Below, piece by piece: positions 58,890 to 64,000 of a stretch of 64,000 bases of DNA (position 1 is its first letter; each line of letters starts with the position of its first letter). Position numbers and translations under genes: made by a program. A model generated the notes under the pieces. It did no database searches. It had not been told where the DNA came from and saw only the letters and a list, made by a program, of their open reading frames with translations. The DNA is taken from NCBI RefSeq assembly GCF_009914755.1, contig NC_060940.1. One strand, given 5' to 3'. This stretch comes from the human T2T-CHM13v2.0 reference genome, Homo sapiens.

Positions 58890-61800
58890 GAGATGAGTCC
58901 GGATGGTCAACTAGACACAGTCTGGAAGACCTTCTTCTACTGAGAGACCAGCCCATCAAGAGGATGGGCAAACTCTGAGCAGACTATCACAAGAAAGGCA
59001 TTGAGAGTGGATAGAGAGGGGATCTAGACCCTGGATGTAAAGGAGAGGAAGCTTGGAACCCTGCATATGATTGCCAAGCACCAGAACTCATTCCTGTCCC
59101 TGAGTGGCTCTTAGGAAGAAATGAATTAAAGAGGCATGGAGTGGCCCACTCTCACTGTGTACCTCTGAAATCCTAGCTGTAGGAGCCTTCACAGCTCCCA
59201 TAGACATTTCAGCTGTCAGGGAGAGCTGCCAGGAGAGGTGGCAGGGACAAGATTCTGATCTATGCAGAGCCTGGAGGGTTTGGCATGGGAAGAGCAGCAG
59301 TGGAGCATGGCTATGGCCGTCCATCCCCAAGGCTTGTCCTGATCCTCTAGGTGGCTTTGACCTTTGTTGACTATTTGACCTGGACAGAGTTGGGATGTCT
59401 TGCCCATTGGACAAGGTCAGTCAAATCTGAGCACTCCCCTGTCTGCTGGCCTCTCCTGGGGTCCCTGCCTGGATGCACCCACTTGTAGCACATCCTTGCA
59501 TGCCCAACCAGGGCACTTTTCAGTGGTCACCACCATAGCTCCTTTGCCAAGAGACTCTGCTTAACCATCAGACAGCTTCAGCAGATGGGTACCTTCCAGC
59601 ACATACTTGCCCACAGCCTCCCCTTTCTAACTTGCTCACATGCATGCACAGGAACCTACCACTGCCCTGCTCTTGTCAGCACATACATACAGACCCCATG
59701 TCCTACCTGCTGCCAAAGCATGGGTGTACGTAGATCCCAGTGTGCTGCCACCCTACCACTACTGGCCCGTGTGTGTGTATATGTGCAGACCCCATGGCCA
59801 CAGCCCTGACAAAAAGGTTTTGCTGGCACTCCCCCATTGAAGTGTTGTTGCCAGCAAACCAGGACCACCTTGGCTCCTCTAGCATAGCAGGTGCTTAACT
59901 TTAGGGGCCAGAGAATGAATCTGTGGGCCTGATCCCAGCCACTCAGGGTAAGATCATGCAGTTCAGAAATTCTGAGCTGAGCCTTAGGCCCCTGAAATTG
60001 ACCAGAAATGAAACCGACTGAATACACCCAACTTACACCACACTTAAACCCTCAAGGGCATCAAAGAATATAAAATCAAAAAGTCCCATTCAAAGAACAG
60101 ATACTTCAAAGGTTAAAGGAACATTAGCCCACACAGATGAGAAAGAGCTCATGCACAAACTCTAGCAACTCAAAAAGCCAGAGTGTCTTCTTACCTCCAA
60201 ATGACTGCACTAGCTCCCCAGCAACGGTTCTTAACTAGGCTGGAATGCCTGAAATGACACACATAGAATTCAGAACCTGGATGACGATGACTGTCATCAG
60301 GATTCAGGAGAAAGTTGAAACCCAATCCAAGGAATATAAGGAATCCAGTAAAATGATACAAGAGCTGAAAGAAGTAGACATTTTAAGAAAGAAACAAATT
60401 GATCTGATAGAGCTTAAAAAAAAATCTCACTACAAACATTTTATAATACAATCATAAGTATTAATAGACCAAGCTGAGGAAAGAATCTCAGAGCTTGAAG
60501 GCTGGTTCTTTGAATTGACACAGCCACACAAGAATAATGGAAAAAAAAGATAAAAAAGAATTAATAGACATCCATGAATATATGGGATTATATAAAGAGA
60601 CCAAACCTATGATTCATTGACATCCCTAATAGAGAGCAAGAGAGAGCAAGCAAATTTGAAAACATATTTGAGCATATTGTCCACAAAAAATTTTCCAATC
60701 TAGCAAGAGAGGTTGACACTCAAATGCAGGAAATTCAGAGAACCACTCAGTGATACTATACAAGATGACCATCCCCATGACACATAGTCATCAGATTCTC
60801 TAAGTGAATGTGAAAGAAAAAATATTAAAGGCAGCTAGAGAGAAGAGGCAGGTCACCTACAAAGGGAACTCCATCAGGCTAGGAGTGAAACTTTCAACAG
60901 AAACCCTACAAGACAGGAGAGATTAGGAGCCTGTCATCAGCATTCTCGAATAGAAACTCCAATCAAAAACGTAATATCCAGCCAAACTACGTTTAATAAA
61001 AAAAGGAGAAATAAATTTGCTTATCTGAAAATAAATTATTTTCAGATAAGCAAATGTTAAACAAATTTATTACCACCAGACCTACCACATAAGAGGTCCT
61101 TAAGGGAGTGGTAAACATAGAAATGAAAGACCGTTTCTGGCCACCAAAAAAAATACACTTAAGTACATAGGTCATTGATGCCATAAAGCCCCTATACAGT
61201 AAAGTCTACATAACAACCAGCTGACAACACACAGAAGCTCAAAGTAAAGGTATAGGGAAAAACCTATCAAGGAAACAAAAAACAAAAAAGAGCAGGGGTG
61301 GCTATTCTAATTTCAGACAAAACAGACTTTAAATGAACAATCATCCAAAGAACAAAGAAGGGTATTAAATAATATTAATGTGTTCAATTCAATAAGAAGA
61401 CTTAACTATCTTGAATATATATGGACCCAACATGGGAGCACACAGATTTATAAAGTAAGCTTTCAATACCTATGAAGAGACTTAGATAACCACACAACAA
61501 TAGTGGGAGACTTCAATATCTTGCTAACAGTATTAGACAAATCATTGAAGCAAAAAACTTAGAAAAATATTTGGGACATAAACTTGACATTTTACCAAAT
61601 GAGCCTAAAAGACATCTACAGAATACTGCACCCAACATCAACAGAACACATATTCTTCTTGTTTGCACATGGTACATACTCTAAAATCAACCACACACTT
61701 AGCCATAAAGAGATTCTCAACAAATACAAGAAAACAAAAAGCACACCGATCACACTCTCAGATAAAATAATAAAAATAAATGAAAATAGCTCAATAAAAA

Positions 61801-64000
61801 TGGCAATTAATACCAAGAAGATTCCTTGAAATTTCACAATTAAATGGAAATTAAACCACCTATTCCTGTATGACTTTTGGGTAAAAAATGAAATTAAGGC
61901 AGACATCAAGAATTTCTTTGAAATGAAGCAAACACAGATAAAACATACCATAATCTCTGGGACCTAGCTAAAGCAGTGAAAAGTTTATAATGCTAAATGG
62001 CTATATCACAAAGTTAGAAAGATTTCAAATTAACAATAGAACACTATACCTAGAGGAGCTCAAAAACCAGAGCAAACCCATCTCAAATCTAGCAGAAGAA
62101 AAGAAATAACCAAAGTCAGAGCTGAACTCAATAAAATTGAGACACAAAAACCCATTCAAAAGATCACCAAAACTAAATGTTTTCTACTTGAAAGAATAAA
62201 TAAGATTAATAGAGTGCTAGCTAGACTAATTAAGAAAAAAATAAAAAAGATTCAAATACGCAGTATCAGAAATGAAAGAGGACATTACCACTGACCCTAC
62301 AGAAATACAAAAAGAAGTCTCAGAGACTATTACAAACACCTCTATCCATACAAACCAGAAAACGTGAAGAAATGAATAAATTCCTGGAAACATACAACTT
62401 CTCTAGATTAAACCAGGAAGAAATTGAAACCCTGAACAGACCCATAAGGAATTTCAAAATTGAATAATTAATAAAAAGCCTACTAAGGAGAAACAGCACT
62501 GGTTCAGACGGATTCACAACCAAATTCTACTCGTTGTGAAATGAATAGCTGATAACAATCTCACTGAAAGTATTCTAAAAATTTTAGGAGGAGGGACTCC
62601 TCCCTTACCGATTCTATGAGGCTAGCATCATTCTGACACCAAATCCTGGCAGAGACACAATGAACAAAAAACCAGGCTGGTAATCTCTAATGAACATAGA
62701 TGTAAAAATTCTCAACAAAATACTAGCAAACCAAATCCAGCACTAAATCAAAAAACAAATTCACCACAGTTAAATAGCCTTTATTCCTGGGACACAAGGT
62801 TCGATATACACAAATCAATAAATGTGATTCATCACCTAAACGGAACTAAAGACAAAAGCCACATAATCATCTCAGTAGATGCAGAGAAGACTTTTGAAAA
62901 AATTCAACATCCCTTCATGTTCAAAATCCCCAACAAACTAGACATTGAAGGAACATATCTCAAAATATTAACAGCCATCTACGACAAACCCACAACCAAC
63001 ATCACACTGAATGGGCAAAAGCTGGAAGCATTCCCCTTGAGAACAAGAACAAGAGAAGGATGCCCACTCTCACCACTACTATTCGACATAGTACTTGAAG
63101 TCCTAGCCAAAGCAATCAGGCAGGAGAAATAAATAAGTGGCATCCAAGTAGGAAGAGAAGAAGTCAGTCTATCTCCCTTCACACATGGTATGGTTCTATG
63201 CCTAGAAAACTCCATAGTCTCTGCCCAAAGACATATAGATCTGATACACAATTTCAGAAAAGTTTTAGGATATAAAATCAGTGTAGGAAAATTGGTAGCA
63301 TTTCCATACAACAATAATGTTCAATCTGAAAGCCAAATCAAGAATGCAATCCAATTTGCAATATCCACAAAAAGAATAAAATACCTAGGAATGCAGCTAA
63401 ACCGGGAAGTGAAATATATCTTCAATGAGATTTGCAAAACACTACTGAAACAAATCAAAGACAACAAAAATGGGAAAACATTCCATACTCATGAATAGGA
63501 ATTAAAAATGGTCATACATCCCAAAGCAATGTACAGATTTAATGCTATTCCTGTCAAATTACCAATGTCATTTTTCACAGAACTAGAAAAAAACTATTCT
63601 AAAATTCATATGGAACCTAAAAAGAGCCCAAATAGCCAAAGCAATTCTAATCAAAAAGAACAAAGCTGGAGGCATCACACTAACTGACTTCAAACTATAC
63701 TACAAAGCTATAGTAACCAAAACAGTATGGTATTGGTACAAAAACAGAACCATAGACTGAGGCAACACGTTAGAGAACCCAGATATAAAGTCCCACAAAT
63801 CTACAACCATCTGATCTTTGACAAAGTTGATAAAAGCAAGCAATAAGAAAAGGATTTCCTATTCAATAAATGATGCTAGGATAACTGGCTAACCATATAC
63901 AGAGGATTATAACTGGACCCCTTCCTTTCACCATACACAAAAATCAACCCACGATGAATTAAAGACTTAAACATAAAACCCAAAATTGTAAAAACTCTAG
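58890..64000 (+). mobile_element. Long old L1P (L1PA15/16 or L1PREC2-like): 5' UTR, decayed ORF1 (ATG 60137) and ORF2; continues past the window
   Basis: ORF fragments such as '[18 protein letters not shown]...[26 protein letters not shown]' (L1 RT); many stops. Confidence 0.92.

Overview
This window is AT-rich human (primate) non-coding DNA made up largely of transposable elements. I find no supportable protein-coding gene, rRNA, CRISPR array or novel biological system. The ORF-track entries are either translations of repeats (Alu, L1, LTR, Tigger) or short chance frames. Main contents: (1) two proviruses that keep both LTRs but have lost most coding sequence, a MER66-like ERV1 on the minus strand (8929-13798, tRNA-Arg-type PBS) and an LTR8/HUERS-P1-like ERV1 on the plus strand (46487-55427, Pro-type PBS, gag-MA remnant, embedded tRNA-Glu-like relic). 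(2) Ten Alus, including human-specific AluYa5 and AluYg6 copies with near-identical target sites. (3) Several L1s: one TSD-flanked L1PA with an internal deletion joining ORF1 to the end of ORF2, one twin-priming inversion, one 3'-truncated L1M1 and a long old L1P running off the right end. (4) Solo THE1, MST and MLT2 LTRs. (5) Tigger-type DNA transposons, including a MER6A carrying V-SINE-like sequence. (6) MIR and L2 relics. Subfamily names come from recalled consensus sequences and need RepeatMasker/Dfam confirmation. The findings are mostly structural retrotransposition events and candidate regulatory DNA, and their interest is modest.
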